Source: Camelus ferus
Taxonomy: Eukaryota
NCBI RefSeq assembly: GCF_009834535.1
Contig: NC_045697.1
Location: forward strand, 45,324,001-45,388,000
Length of the DNA: 64,000 nt
Direction of reading: 5' to 3'
Positions 1 to 13,232 of the stretch are shown here, piece after piece. Each line of letters begins with the position of its first letter. The first letter of the stretch is position 1. The notes under the pieces were generated by a model. The model did no database searches. It was not told the origin of the DNA and was given only the letters and a program-made list of their open reading frames with translations. The translations under genes and the position numbers were made by a program.

Positions 1-570
1 TGCAGATGTGAAATTGAGGTCATACTGTTAATTCTTTTTTTGTTTTTCTTTTTGATAGAAAACAGAATGACTTTTTGGTGTTTTCCTCTAGGAAAGTGCA
101 GTGCTCGTCATAATCTTCTTATTTCATTTTCTGTTTTTAAAAATTTCTTTTTCTGAGAGAGCACCTTAATTGGACCATGGTCATTTTCAGCCCCACTTGG
201 GCTACAGCTAAATGGGTGCAGAGTATAACTTCAGAGGTCCTGGAAGAAATCTTGTTTGGGCAAGTACTGGCTATAAAGGATCCCTGGGCTTCTGTGGCTC
301 TCTGCCAGTACCCCCTCCCACCAGCTTGGGGGACACAACTCCTTTTATAGAAAATGAGCTCTATTAAGTTTTCGACTCTGATCTTTTCTCCTTTGCAGAG
401 GGTAAAGAGCCTTGCCTCCAAGTGTGGCTGATGAACTAGGACCCCCGAGTGTCGAGGTGCTTTATATGCTACAGTAGCAAATCAACCCAAAGGGATGTGC
501 TGCAGTCATTATGGCAAGAATCTAAAACCACTGGGACTTTAGTTTTGTCTTCTTAACAATGGGATTGTTG

Positions 571-725
571 AAGGGGATGAGTATAGCTTAGTGCATGCTT
601 AGCATGCATGAGGTCTTGGATTCAATTCCCAGGGCCTCTATTAAAAAAAAAATACACACACACACACATAAATAAAAATCTAATTACCTCCTCCCAAAAC
701 AAACAAACAAAAAGGATTAAAAAGA
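571..725 (+). mobile_element. tRNA-derived SINE, camelid vic-1 type
   Basis: The head ggggatgagtatagcttagtgcatgcttagcatgcatgaggtcttggattcaattccc is tRNA-like, with a partly deleted A box and a B-box-like ggattcaattcc. It has an A/CA-rich tail. A perfect 12-bp TSD aatgggattgtt lies at 558-569 and 726-737. Confidence 0.85.
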
Positions 726-1374
726 AATGGGATTGTTATCCAGCATGCTACAATGAGCTCCTTCATTGAGGAAGACTTCCCTGAAAACCCGATATTTTTT
801 GTTTTCTATATTCCCTTTCCATTTCCATTCTTGCTTGTACTTGAGTACTCTATGTATTCATTCTATGCTATTTGGAATTGTTTGAGGAAGGACATTTGAT
901 ATAAAATAAAAAGTAACAATACAATGGCATTTTAGTTGGACCAGTGGTGCAGATTGTGTGGTTCTTCCCACTGCACACCTCAGTGGGGTGCTGGAGGGGC
1001 TTAGACTGACTTCTGAGAGCTGTTTTGCTCCCCCCTCTTCCCAGTCCCACATTTAGTGGTGTCACACTGGTCGCCTGAAATTAGCCACGGTGGCTAATCA
1101 GGTGTGATTTGACCTTTACAGACCAGTTGTATCTTCACCCTTCCCCCACCACAGGAGACCCAATTGTCCAATTGTTAAACATTTCTCAACCCATCATGGC
1201 CTGCGATCGACAAATGAAAGCAGAAGGGCAGAAATGCATCATGAAACTCCACTTGGAAGTCTTCATGCTGGGGGAATATTACAGCTGATTCAGTTATGCA
1301 GCGACCCATGTAAACTGAGACCATGGGGCTGAGAGCAGCTCTTTTGAACAAGCACAACAAAACAGGTAGATCTA

Positions 1375-1490
1375 AATGTGTTCCCTTTCAAAATTACTAC
1401 CTTGAAAAACGATACATTTGTCCTACTTAGTTGTCACTGCTTGAATTAATCTTGAAGTCTCTTCTTGAAACCAGTTCCACAGAAACGTTT
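1375..1490. mobile_element. Possible old mariner-type (MARNA-like) DNA transposon fragment
   Basis: Weak resemblance (ctttcaaaattactaccttg...atacatttgtcctac...gtcactgcttgaa) to a recalled consensus. Confidence 0.3.
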
Positions 1491-3741
1491 ATGAAGCATG
1501 CACACCATGCATTACTTCATAGTTTGATACATAAGACACAAAAATGCTTAACTATCTCAATCCTTACCCCACTCTGACCTGCGGCTGCTGGCATCAGCTG
1601 CCATTCCTCCACTCAGTTCTCTCTGCCCTTAAGCCCTATGGGTTCTCAGCAAGACTTCCAATGTTCCATATTCCTTGCTTCAGTGGCACTGCCAAGATGA
1701 GCCAGCTCAGTTCCTAATCAGATATGCAACCAAAAAGTGAATCCTCAGTCACCATTGCCGGAAGTCACCCCAAACCTCATCAGGATTCTTGCGGGGTTTG
1801 CCCTCCCTTGGAATCAGGGAGGAAAAGTCCTCTCTGCCCAGTAGGGGGAGCTGAAGGGAGGAAATAGTTTTTTCCTAATACGCTGTGCTCCCCTGAAAGA
1901 TGAAGTCTTTTTTGGTTCCCATTTCTCCTCTTACGTTGTTGAGGGGTGAGAGAAAGGGAAGTAGAAATGCCTTGTCCTGACACCTCAAGCCTTGGAGAGG
2001 TGACTGGATCTGGCTGCTCACAGTTCTCTTAGGAACTTAGCACATTTTTTCTCAGCCAGGGCCAAAATTGTTTTAAAAAAACAGAATCTCATCCAGCACC
2101 TAATATCAGGAATCCTGTTGCAAAAAATAGTTTTTGTGTCATTTTTTTTTAACAGCTTTTACACTTGGAAATTCAATGTGTGAAAAAAATGGAGATGCAA
2201 CACACTAGATTTTTAAATGCTATGATAGAAGAGTAAATGGTGAGGGGTGTGTGTGTGTGTAACCTTGTACACAGAGGAATCAGGACTTTCCTCTTTTTAT
2301 CAGCTCACAGAGGGCTCCTCAGGGCTGCTTATTATTACTGTTAATTTTTTAATCTATGATTTTTATCTTTCCTCCCTAATCCCTAAAGCTTGAGGAGCAC
2401 TATCATATTTTAGAAGCTTCTCTTTTAGTAGTCCGCTTGCCACTTGGAAAGAAAATGTGGAAGGTCAAGAAGAGAAGAAAAATTTTGGAAATTGTGTGAT
2501 AAGTAACATCTACTCATTTTTATCCTGCTATGAGAATCCCATTCACTTAATGTGTGCCCCGATTCGAAATAGGTGGATGTGGTTTTAGAAAAATGGTAGG
2601 AATGTCAGAAATTTGGTCCTTACCACAATGTCTCCCTCTCTGTGAGGTCATTATCAACATCTGAGGCAATAGATAAATGCATTTCACTTAGAACTGGCTT
2701 GAATTTGACGATGAGCTCAGAGCTCCATGTAGAAAGACTGGAGTCAGGAAAGGGAGGACCTCCGGAGGATGGCAGTAGTGAAAGCAAGGGCAGGCGAGAT
2801 GGACTTGAACATCACCTGGATTAAAAGGCAGGATAAGTGGCAGAAAGGGTATTGCTGGGAGGAAGATATTTAATTAAACTGAATTCTGCCAGGGCCAGCC
2901 CCTGGGAAGTGCTGACACAGACTGAAGGATGACTGGCTTGGGGACGCAAACCACTGTATAAATTAAATTAAATGAATAACACATGGGAAAGGTCTTAGAC
3001 GCATACCTGACGCATAATGGAAATTCATAAAGGAAACTCGTATTAGTTTTCCTTCCCTTCCTGTGCTTGATGATGCTACCAGGTGGCACATAAAGCCCAT
3101 TGTGTGAGTTTGGGTCAAAGCATCATTGTGACAGTATTGTCCCAGCAGCATTTCCAATGCAGGTAAAAGTTGAACTCAATGTGTGAAATGGCTGAGTGAG
3201 AAAAATAGCTGTTACAGATCAAGAGAGAAATAAAATTGCAGCCTTAGCTGGAGTTAAGAAAGAAATAATAGGGGTCTAGCTTCCCTTGGGGAAAGAGGGA
3301 CTATCTAATATCCCTAGGGGCCAGCCCATGAGCTAATGACCATGACTCTGAGAAGCAAACTAAGCCTCGGGAAGAATGTTGGGAAGTCATAAAAAGATCA
3401 GGTGATGCAGGAGTCCATGGATGACAAACCCTAGCATTTGGAACCCACTCAGGAATTAAATCCAGTTTCTATCTAAGGAAGTGAGGATGCTTAGGACAGT
3501 TAAAGGGGCAGAGATGGGCAACTGCCTGCTTCCCTGTGTCCTCTGGGTAGGGCTTGGAAGTGCTGAGGTTAGGTTCTTGGAATTTTCTGTTACCCAGTAG
3601 GGGTTTATAGTGTCTCAGTTGTTTACATTGCCTTTTTAGAGTTTCCTTCCAATGATGAAATTTATACCTACTTGAGAAAAAGCTCAAAATGAAACCTTCT
3701 TCTTTACTATTTACTCAGTCCCTTAACCTATATTTAGATAC

Positions 3742-3743
<2 letters not shown>

Positions 3744-3778
<35 letters not shown>
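3744..3778. repeat. (CA)17 microsatellite
   Basis: Read directly from the sequence. Confidence 0.97.
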
Positions 3779-3779
<1 letters not shown>

Positions 3780-4164
3780 AAATTAAGTTATTAATTCCCC
3801 TCCACCTCGAAAGCCCTTCATAGCTACTTGAGCCTTAAGAACCAGATCATATGTCACTTTTTGAAGCCTTCTCTGACTTCTTTCCCTGGGAAGCTTTCGT
3901 AATGCACCGTAACATTTTAAGACATCAGAAAACTTTGATTTGTGTATTGTGCCTGCAGCACACGTTTGAAATAGCATTGATTTAATTATCTCTGTATTCA
4001 TTTGCAGAATGATTGTTGTTTTCTGCAACTCATAATACATCACCTCCTCTTTTTTTTCCCTTTGATAAGGGTGCCTTATTTACTTTGGGGAGAATTGTCT
4101 CTTTTCCACTGTGTATGTAATCTCTTGGGGAAGCCGATCAACATGGCCTGCCTTCTTCTAGTTC

Positions 4165-4800
4165 CGAGTGGGTGTATGAACCACAATGGCCAAGTAGACT
4201 CTAATGGAACTCTCTCCAGCTATTTAAGCAGAAGAGGATTCATTACAGAGAACTGGGCTTCCAGGAATTACTGGCAGTACAAGACTGGTGTACAAAGAGA
4301 ATGACTAACATCAGGAAGCTGCAGAATTAGGAAGCCGCTTTGCCAACTTCTGGTGCCCCCTGCAACTGTTGGCTCCAGGAATATGCCACCTCAGCTGTGA
4401 CCTGGGGATTAGAAGCCACTGCCAGAATTGTTGGTTGCAGAGCCATGGCATCCACTGGGACCGTACCAACAATACAGATGGGCCATGCCGTGCCTCTCAA
4501 TACTTATTAAGCTAGTGGCTGGATCTTGGGACCTTGGCTAGACCTATTGCAGAAAACCCAAACACCTTGATATCTGTACTCTGGAGTAGAAATTGCAGAA
4601 GCGGCACAAGTGTGGTCTTTACCTCGCTTTTGCCTTTCCAGTCTCACACAAGTGCATGTGACTAGCTGAATAATAAATCTCTTCTGAAACATGGGCTGCG
4701 AGGGAGACTGGGAAATGCAGTTTTTGGCTTTCTAGCTTTTACAGTGAGTGAAGGGATCCTGGAATAAGGTACGATGAATAGTGAACATCGATCTATCTTG
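4165..4800. mobile_element. Old MaLR (MLT1-type) LTR remnant
   Basis: Contains ggctgcgagggagactgggaaatgcagtttttggctttctagc and atttaagcagaagaggattcatt, motifs typical of old MLT1 LTRs. Confidence 0.5.
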
Positions 4801-4803
4801 TGA

Positions 4804-5053
4804 CAGAAAACAAACTTATGGTTACCAAGGGGGGAATTGGGAGTTTGGGATTTGTAGATACACATTACTATATATAAAATAGATAAACAGCAAGGTCCTA
4901 CTGTATAGCACAGGGAACCATATTCAGTATCTTGTAATGACCTATAATGAAAAAGAACGTATTATTATATATATTATACATATAATGAATCAGTATGCTG
5001 TACACCAGAAATTAGCACAACATTGTAAATTGACTGTACTCCAATTAAAAATA
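4804..5053 (+). mobile_element. L1 3'-end fragment (5'-truncated)
   Basis: L1 3' UTR motifs (aaacttatggttaccaagggg, ctactgtatagcacagggaac, acaacattgtaaattgact) with an A tail. Degenerate TSD atctatcttgtga (4791-4803) / atccatcatgtga (5054-5066). Confidence 0.85.
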
Positions 5054-5482
5054 ATCCATCATGTGAGCAATAGACTCTCCTCCACACTTTGACTCTTAAG
5101 CTCAGTGACCAAAGGACAGAAGAAAAATTGTTGGAGCCGATTAGTCCCAGCGCAGTGTCCTGAATATCTGCCATGTAGATCCCCGCAAATCCTGGCTCTT
5201 GTCCTTTCAGGCTTCTGCTTCTTCCAGTTTCCCCTTGTGAGCCCACCATGACCTTATCATTATTTCCCTTTCACCTGCAGTTAGCCGGACTTAAGGTCTG
5301 TTATTTATGATCAAAGACCTTAACTGGAACATTTATGAACACTGTTTTGCAGTGTCAACAATCCTCAAATTCTTGCTGAATGTGAGCATTAGACTCTGCA
5401 TTCAGAGCTAGCTCGTGGAATTCTAGTTTCTTAGACCTCAAAAGCCAAAGAAGTCCTCAGAGATCAGCTTATTCAAACTCAT

Positions 5483-5528
5483 CCTTCTTCTTCTTCCTCT
5501 TCTTCTCCTCCTCCTCCTCATCCTTCTA
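5483..5528. repeat. (CTT)n/(CCT)n low-complexity pyrimidine tract
   Basis: Read directly from the sequence. Confidence 0.85.
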
Positions 5529-8179
5529 CTGAAGATGAAGACTTGGAAGCACAGAGAGTAGCTAAACTCATTTCTTTTCTCATCAAACACATTCCTTATT
5601 ATTAACATTATAGGAATTCTTCCTAAAATACTTCATCTATATAACAACACAATCCTAATTTTAACAGCGTGGAAATATCCTTGGAAGAAAAAACATAGAG
5701 AAACTCTTTTATGTTTTTAGAATTAAAGTAACATAGACTTTGGGTTGCTCTTGTCATTAGCTAAAAATGTTATTACAGAATTTGTAGCCAGACTTGTGAA
5801 AATCTATAAACAGCTTATAGAAGTTTCTTTGATAAGGAAAATCGTGCTCAGTGGAATGCTTTTGGGATTTTAAATTCTCAGTGGAAAGGCTTTTGGGGAT
5901 TTGAATGCAGTCATTGATATCCCCTTCTTAAATTTTAAAACTACAATGAGCCCATCTGTCAAAACCTACTGATATGTAAACTTGGCAAATGGTCCAGCCA
6001 CAATCTTACATTCTGTGCAGATTTCCAAAAATGCTCCATGTCCTCCCTGCGAAAGTACTTACTGATGAATAATGTTTAACTAGATTTTTTTTATAGCAGT
6101 GGCTCAAAGACTTTGAAAAAACATCCTCAAGAAGCTACTACAGAAACTTCCAATTTAATGAATTTTAACAGCTGTTCTGCCACTAGACCTACAAGTGGAA
6201 TTTGATTTCCCTTGAGGCAGTTCCATTAATTTGTTTTTATTATTTTAGGATAGCTAATACGCTTTAGCTGGCTAGGTTCTGACACTAGGAACAGTGTGGG
6301 TGGCTTGGCAATTCTGGTCCTAATTAGTACTCCTCTGAGGGCTTCCCCTAAAGACCACCCAGATGGTGGATGGTGCAAGGCTGTGAGGGGAACAGTGCCC
6401 ATTGCCCTGTCTGGCATGAAGGGGTGGAGCACTTCTGCTAAGCACTTTGGAGAAGTTCTCAGGAGATCAGGGAACTCAGCAGTGTCCTGAGATGGTGGAG
6501 GAATATTCTTTCCTTTCAGCTTTTAATGGACAGACCATCCCTCAGGTGTTCAAGCCCTTACCTGTTGTAATGCACTTGCACTACAAGGTCCAGAGAGCTG
6601 TGCTCGACATGCAGCTCAGCTGAAGAGGACTCAGTTGTGGCTTCTGATTCTACAACAGAAAGTTAAGGATAATGATAACTGCCCTTCTGATCCTCAGTGC
6701 TATCATATGCAGAAGATGTAGAAAAATCAAGGCGAATATATTTTAAAAAGAAATGCTTCCATGCACTTAAGAAAAGTTTTCTGTAGACAGGACTCTAACA
6801 TTAAGCTTACCTAAAAACTTTATGCCTTATAGAAACTTTATGCCTCCATACAGTGAGGTTGAGTTCAGGTTTCTTTTTAAAATAATTTTATCGCCAAAGG
6901 TGAATTTCAAAGGGAAAGAAGTTAGGAGACTTTTTTGAAGAATCAAAACAGTTTGGTCGATAGGAATTCTCTGAGTGATTTATTTCTGATTTAGTAATTT
7001 TAGTCCTTTAAAAAGATGTTTACATGATGGGATAAGTCACAGCAGGGTCAGTTCAATTCTTTTAACCGAATTAATTTGTTAGCTTTTAACATAATCAATC
7101 AAACTAACAATGATGAACTTGAATTGTTAGCTAAATGTTCAAGTGGCTGAATTAATGCATTTTGGCATAATAACCTGGGCTTTGTGTGTAAAATACATAC
7201 ACGCATGAGAGTTTGTAAGGAAAGAATCCTATTGTACAATTGAATTGGCTCCCTGTGGTTTGTTTGGGGTTACATCTCTGTCACAACAAGTCATTACGTT
7301 TGCCTGACTCATAGCATCAAGCTTTACTGGACAATTGATTGAACTGTAAATGATTTCTCAATGATTAAAACAACTCTGTTATTTTTATTTTTATTTCCTT
7401 CTCTGTCAACCTAAGATGTTCGTTTGATAATTGTTGCTGATTCTTGGAGTAGACAGTCCACAAAAGATGTTGATGTGTCTAGAGATTTAAAAAAATATTT
7501 TTGTTTTCTAATTTCAAAAAGTGTACATAGTCACTGTGGAAAATGTGGAAAATTCAACAAAGCTTTAGGAAGGACTTAAAAACCACCTAAAAATGGCACT
7601 ATTCAGAGACAGCCATTTCTGACATTCTGGTATAATTTTTTAATCTTTTTATTTCCTATGTACATATATATCTTTTGGTTTTAAAAATATGTGCTACTTT
7701 ATGACCTGTTTTCCTTGACATTAAACATTATTTACTTGTTCATCTGATAAATATTTTTTCTTCAATTAAATGCTTTTAAAAAGCTACAAGATACCCAGCA
7801 TGGTTCATATTTCACTACGATCAACAAAAGATGGGAAAGGCATAGCTTTTTTTTCTTTCTACAGTATGTGCTGCCCTGATTCACCTCATTGATATATCTG
7901 AATCATTCCCATTTGAATTTCAAAAGACTTTAAAGTTTGAAACACTTATTAAAGTCGAGAAGTATTGTCACTGTCTCTGTCCATAAGTATATGAACCATT
8001 TGTTATGTTAATCTTTTTCAATTTAAAGAACTGCTAGCCATACCACTGAATATGCAAAGAATCTACAGTTCAATAAATAAATACCTTATGGCAAGAAAAC
8101 TTTTGTACAATTTAAATAACCTTAAATCATTAAATATTTTTATTAAAAATGAGAAACAATCATTGTGGCCACGTCTTCC

Positions 8180-8435
8180 TTTGTATTCAAATAAATTTAA
8201 CAAATATTTTATAGAATCCATAATATACAAGACATTGAGCCAGAGGATACAAGGGTGAATGTAACATGGTCCCTACTCACAGAGAATTCACATTCTAGTT
8301 GGGGACCCAGTCATGAATGTAATTATCTAACATTTAGTTGGTGTTATACTATAAATATAAATAAAGTGTTATGGCAACTTAGAGAATTAGAAATTAATTT
8401 GGACTGGGGGCTGGGGAAAGTTTCACAGAGGAATT
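8180..8435 (-). mobile_element. L2 3'-end remnant
   Basis: atttaacaaatatttt...acatggtccctactcacagagaattcacattctagttgggg resembles the antisense L2 3' end. Confidence 0.6.
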
Positions 8436-8446
8436 AGCATTTTGGT

Positions 8447-8930
8447 TTGTCTTAGAATTCCCTAGACAGACCCTCATACCTCGGCATGAGGATTTACATG
8501 CAAGCGGTTCACTGAGGAAGTGCTGCCAGGAGAGACTAGTACAGAAGTGTGGGAAGAAAAACAAGCCAAGCACAGGGGCAAGATTTCGGGCGATGCCTGG
8601 CAGAAGGTAGCTTCAGCCTGATACTGTGGGGAACTCAGGACTATGTTTTACTGCAGAGTGGGTCTGAGTCTGAGAGCTGGGTTTTCACACTCCTGGACTG
8701 ATCATTTGAGGGCAGGGGCATGCCCTGGGGGTGGGAATGGGAAGGTGTGGCAGGGCATAAACTCCCCAGCTCTCTGACCTCCACCCCTGCTTGCACAATG
8801 GCTCCAGGAGTTTCAGGACAGGCTTCTGAAGAGTTATAGATACAGGCGGTTAGAAGCAAAAGCAGAGAGGCACACAGAAGCAGTGAAAGGGATCTGAGAG
8901 ACCCTGGGTGGAAAACTGACAGTATTCAAG
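8447..8930. mobile_element. ERVL LTR (LTR16-like) remnant
   Basis: Starts tgtcttagaattccctagacagaccctc...gaggatttacatgcaagcggttcactgaggaagtg, similar to LTR16-family ends. Confidence 0.55.
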
Positions 8931-9001
8931 GTAGTGCTAGACAACAAAAGGGAAGAAGTAGAGTTTCAACAGACTTGGAAATAGGGAAGAATGTTCTGGA
9001 C

Positions 9002-9114
9002 CTGTGCTGTTCAACGTATCAACCGTTAGTCACGTGTGGCTAGTGGCTACTGGACTGGACTGTGCAGCTATAGAACATTTTTACCAACAGAAAAAGTTCT
9101 GTCAGACTGAACTG
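9002..9114 (-). mobile_element. MER3-like hAT MITE, internally deleted
   Basis: tagtcacgtgtggctagtggctac...tatagaacattt...aaagttctg is the reverse-complement homolog of the fuller copy at 56304-56504. Confidence 0.65.
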
Positions 9115-10039
9115 CATCTAGACTGAGAATCATATGAATAATATCATGGAAACAAGGAGAAGCAAATAGTTTAGTGGGGCTGTAATGAAGACAGGTGGCT
9201 GGAATACAGACTGTGATCTTACCGTGAGAAGCTTCGGCAGCACTGATCCCATGTGATTAGATGACTGTAGCATCTAAAACGCGGCTGTGGTTCAGTGGGA
9301 GCCTACTGTTTAGGGACCCACCCTGAAAAGGTGTGTAGAGGTTTGGCAGTGCCCATGTTTGCATCCTGTATCACCTCCATACCTGGCCTTGTGCTAGGTC
9401 TCTTTGTGCTCTTAGCTGAAGACCTGCTCTCCAGTTTGGTCTTCTGGCCTCTCTCTTTCCCTCTGGCTCCTCCTCCAGCCATTTCTCCATCACTTGTGCC
9501 ACTGCCTCCACTCTCAGCTCCAGGCTTGAATCTTAAATCCTGATTCAACAGAGTTTAGAGACTTCCTACCTGGTGTTCTAAATTTCCTTCCCTCTCTCAT
9601 CATCTACTTGCCAGTTAGCCCCAATTTGTATATAAAGCTCCCATTGTATATGTAAAGGATTGGGAAAGATAGGACGAAGACATTGGTTAACGGACTCAGG
9701 AGTCCCAAGCATGTCGAGTAGACTGTGTGGAAAGAGTCAGTGGGGATGGAGAAATGAAACAAAACAGAGGTAATTGATGGAATGAGAATGTTAGGGAACA
9801 AGAAAATTTTACGGAAACAATCTCTTCCTTAATTTCTAGTGGAAAGAATGTATTTCCCATCAACATTATCTGCTATAAAAGGGACCCCAAGGCTAGTGCA
9901 CTATTAAGTCTTTGTTTCACATGCTTCCTGTAGAGTAAAATCTTAATTCCATCCTCTCATCAACCTACATTTTTTTCTATATATGAATTTATAAGAGAAG
10001 AAAATGACAAAGCTACAAGCATAGATCATGGAATATTAT

Positions 10040-10545
10040 ATTTTTAAATTAAAACATTTAATTGTGGTGAAACACACATAGCAAAATTTACCATCTTGAC
10101 CATTTGTAGGTGTATATACAGTTCAGTAGTGTTAACTACATTTACATTGTTGTACAACCAACCATAATTTTTCATTTTGCAAGACTGAAACTCTGTACCA
10201 AATAAATAGTAATTCCCCATCAACCTCTGGCCCCACTCCTGACAATCACCATTGTACTTTCTGTCTCTATAAATTTGACTCTGTACTTCAAGTACCCCAT
10301 GTAAGTAGCATCACACAGTATTTGTCTTTTTGTGATTGGCTTGTTTCACTTAGATTAAGGTTCTCATCCACGTTGTGGCACGTGATAGAGTTTCCTCTCT
10401 TTTTAAGGCTGGATAATATTCCACTGCATGAATAAGCTGAGTAATAGTCCATTGTCTGTATATATCACGTTTTGTTTATCGAATCATCTGTTGATAGATA
10501 CTTGGTCTGCTTCTGTCTTCCAGTGATTATGAATTATACTGCTAC
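10040..10545 (-). mobile_element. Old L1 (L1M-type) 3' end
   Basis: Antisense L1 3' UTR motifs: aaaatttaccatcttgaccatt, ctgaaactctgtacc, tgtctttttgtgattggcttgtttcactta. Confidence 0.8.
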
Positions 10546-12754
10546 GTTTATAAATTATGTGATTTTTACAAATAACTCTTTTAGAATGCAGCCTTAGCTT
10601 GGTATCAGTCATCATCTTCTTCCACATCATTTAAAATATATATCTTAATCATAACGGTAACCTGAAATCATGCCAAGATATTTTAAACTATCGAAAGAAG
10701 TTTTTTGGAGGCAAGATTCCTTATTCAGGTGTTTCCTTATTTATGTTCTATTCTTTAGGCCCTACGGTCATAGTGATTACAAATTCAAAAGGCTACTTTT
10801 TAATATATGTAATATCTTACTCTGTTCTTAGGTTACCATTATTTAAGAAATAAGTAAATTGTATTTCATAGACACTATGAGTTCTAAAGCAGAGAAAGCT
10901 AGTCTAACACATGTGAGCATGGTTCCTAAGAAATAAGCATTGAAATAAAATCTGATCATGGGTAACTGTTAGTCTAACCAGAACATCCACATAATCAGAA
11001 CATAATAAGTATTTCAATGCTTATTGACTACATGGCAACTATAAAGAACTGTGCATCGAAGGATGTGAACCCTTTTTTAATCGAATGTTGAAAGACTAAA
11101 AATGGCATTTGTGTGTGGTTAATTTGGTGTAGTATGTCCTCAGCCACATTCAAGAACAACATGATTTCAAATAGGTCCTTTCAGGACTGAACTTAACCCC
11201 AATACATGAGGCAAATCTTTTTAGAAAGATGAAGAATTCCTCAGCCCATTTAGCCAAGTTTCACCAACCATAATTTTCACTGTTATGAATGCCTTCTCTC
11301 AGGATTTTTGTTCCTTTTTTGGGAATCTGTTAAATTGCACGGTGAGGTCGTTTTTTGCACCACACACTCACTTGTGGTCCGAGGCCAACTGAAGGCCTTG
11401 CAGCGCATCTCTGGAGCTGATTAACAAGCTCACAGAACAGACACAGTGAACAACAGAAAGCCCTGATTTTCTAAGTGACAGTGTTCTCTCCAGTGTGGGA
11501 GAAGGGATGTGTGATGTTGAATGAAGTAGCAATATCCAGGTGTTTAAATGCATCATTTGGGGGAAAAGAATTTAGTCAACCCATTAGTTTTATTAACCAA
11601 AAGTGAATCACAGAGCAGCTTCATTCACAATCTTATTTCTTTAGTCCTTTTTGGCTTGTCAAGGTATTTATATTAGACCTGTAATGCCCCTGTATTTTTT
11701 TCTCCATCAGAAAGTAAGTGGTTATTACAATATCCTGATCTTCTACCTCTTTGTTTAAACTTCTTAATGTGAAAAGCAGCAGGGCTGCCTTCCTGGATTT
11801 AAAAAAAAAAAAAAAAAGGCTTAGTTTTATATTTTCTGTATCTCAGTGCTCTTTAAAAAGAAGCATGACAGATACAAGGGACTAAAATACAAACATCAGA
11901 GGCTGCTGGCAAAGCTTGTGATCATGTCTAGCTAGCGTCCATGGTTTCCTACTAACCCCCAGTAATATCTGTGCTCTTTTACTCCAGTTCCTTTCTGAAG
12001 GATATAATTATGTCACATGGGCACTGTCCACTAAACCAGCCCGAACAGACGGTCAGTTGTGTGACTGTGTACATGGGCAAAGACCTCAGCAAGAATTTGA
12101 GGCTGTGGTACATAGTGACCCCAAATGGGGAGAGTTTTCCTGGAAACTGAACTTTAGCCGAAAACCAGGAGCTTAAAAAAGGTAAGAAAGTAAATGTCAG
12201 CTTCTACCACTGGAATAAGTTATTGACAGTGGATCAGGGCAAAAAAAAAAAAAAAAAAAAGTAATTATCTACACATCCGTATCAACTATGTCTTTTTTGT
12301 AATTTAATAATATTTCTACTGGGTTTCAAAATGGTTTCTCAATCTTCATATTTGTGAGTGTGTGAAAACAGAATGTATTTTAAAAAATAAGTGAAAACAT
12401 AAAATGTAAAACGTTTGATTGTCTGTCTAGTTTATTTTCTTGCCTACCTTTTCTGGGGTCACAAATCTCAATGGAAACTCTGTAAACTAATTTGTCACAT
12501 GACTCTTACCAACTTGAGAACTGCAAAGGACAGATATTTGCAAAAGATGAAGAATATTATTGTGTTTCTGCTGCCTTTTCTCTACTCTGAAACTATCTAC
12601 TTGCTTTTAGGAAAGTCTCTCTTTGCTTCACTTTGGCCAATGTAACATATATGGTGGGACCATGTCTAATTCCTGGTCTACATAACCATAAAAATTTCTC
12701 CTGAGAACATTCAGAAGAAAGGAGGGGAACACGAAAAACTATCCTAGATGCCTT

Positions 12755-12930
12755 TGCTCAGAAGATCTGGGTTCAAGTTCTAGCTCAATTACTTAGCAAC
12801 TTTGTGATCTTGAGTCTGCGTTCTAAGAATAACGATACCTGTCTCACACAGTTACTCTCTTCATTTAAATGAGATGATAGATGTGAAGCACTGAGTAAGC
12901 TGAAACACACCACACAAATTTAAGACATTA
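12755..12930 (+). mobile_element. MIR SINE
   Basis: gatctgggttcaagttctagctc...ttacttagcaactttgtgatcttgag...aaatgagatgatagatgtgaagcact. Confidence 0.65.
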
Positions 12931-13054
12931 TCAATGTAAGATCTAGGTAGGCAAGCTCAAAAGACACCAAAAAGAAGGCATTCATATTCTGAGCTTAAAA
13001 GTACTGAACTGATATGATGAGTGAATATATATATGCGAATACTTTCTTGAAAGC

Positions 13055-13227
13055 CTCTAGATACTGTTCAATACGTGACTTTATTAATCCCCTCTATAAT
13101 GCCACAAGGTAGTCCCTGTTCTCCCATTACACGAATATGGAAATGCACTCAGCTGGGTTACCCTGGTTACATTCCTAACAGGTGGTAGAATCAAGATTCA
13201 AACACTAGCCTGGATGGCCTACTCTCT
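13055..13227 (-). mobile_element. MIR SINE, interrupted by L1 insertions; continues at about 14467-14500
   Basis: ggtggtagaatcaagattcaaacactagcc...; it resumes after the L1s as gctcacttaaccatggctctctactg. Confidence 0.55.
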
Positions 13228-13232
13228 GTCTG

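Noticed and set aside
573..640. tRNA-like sequence as a tRNA gene
   Set aside because: The A box/D arm is deleted and it has an A-rich tail and a TSD, so it is a SINE.
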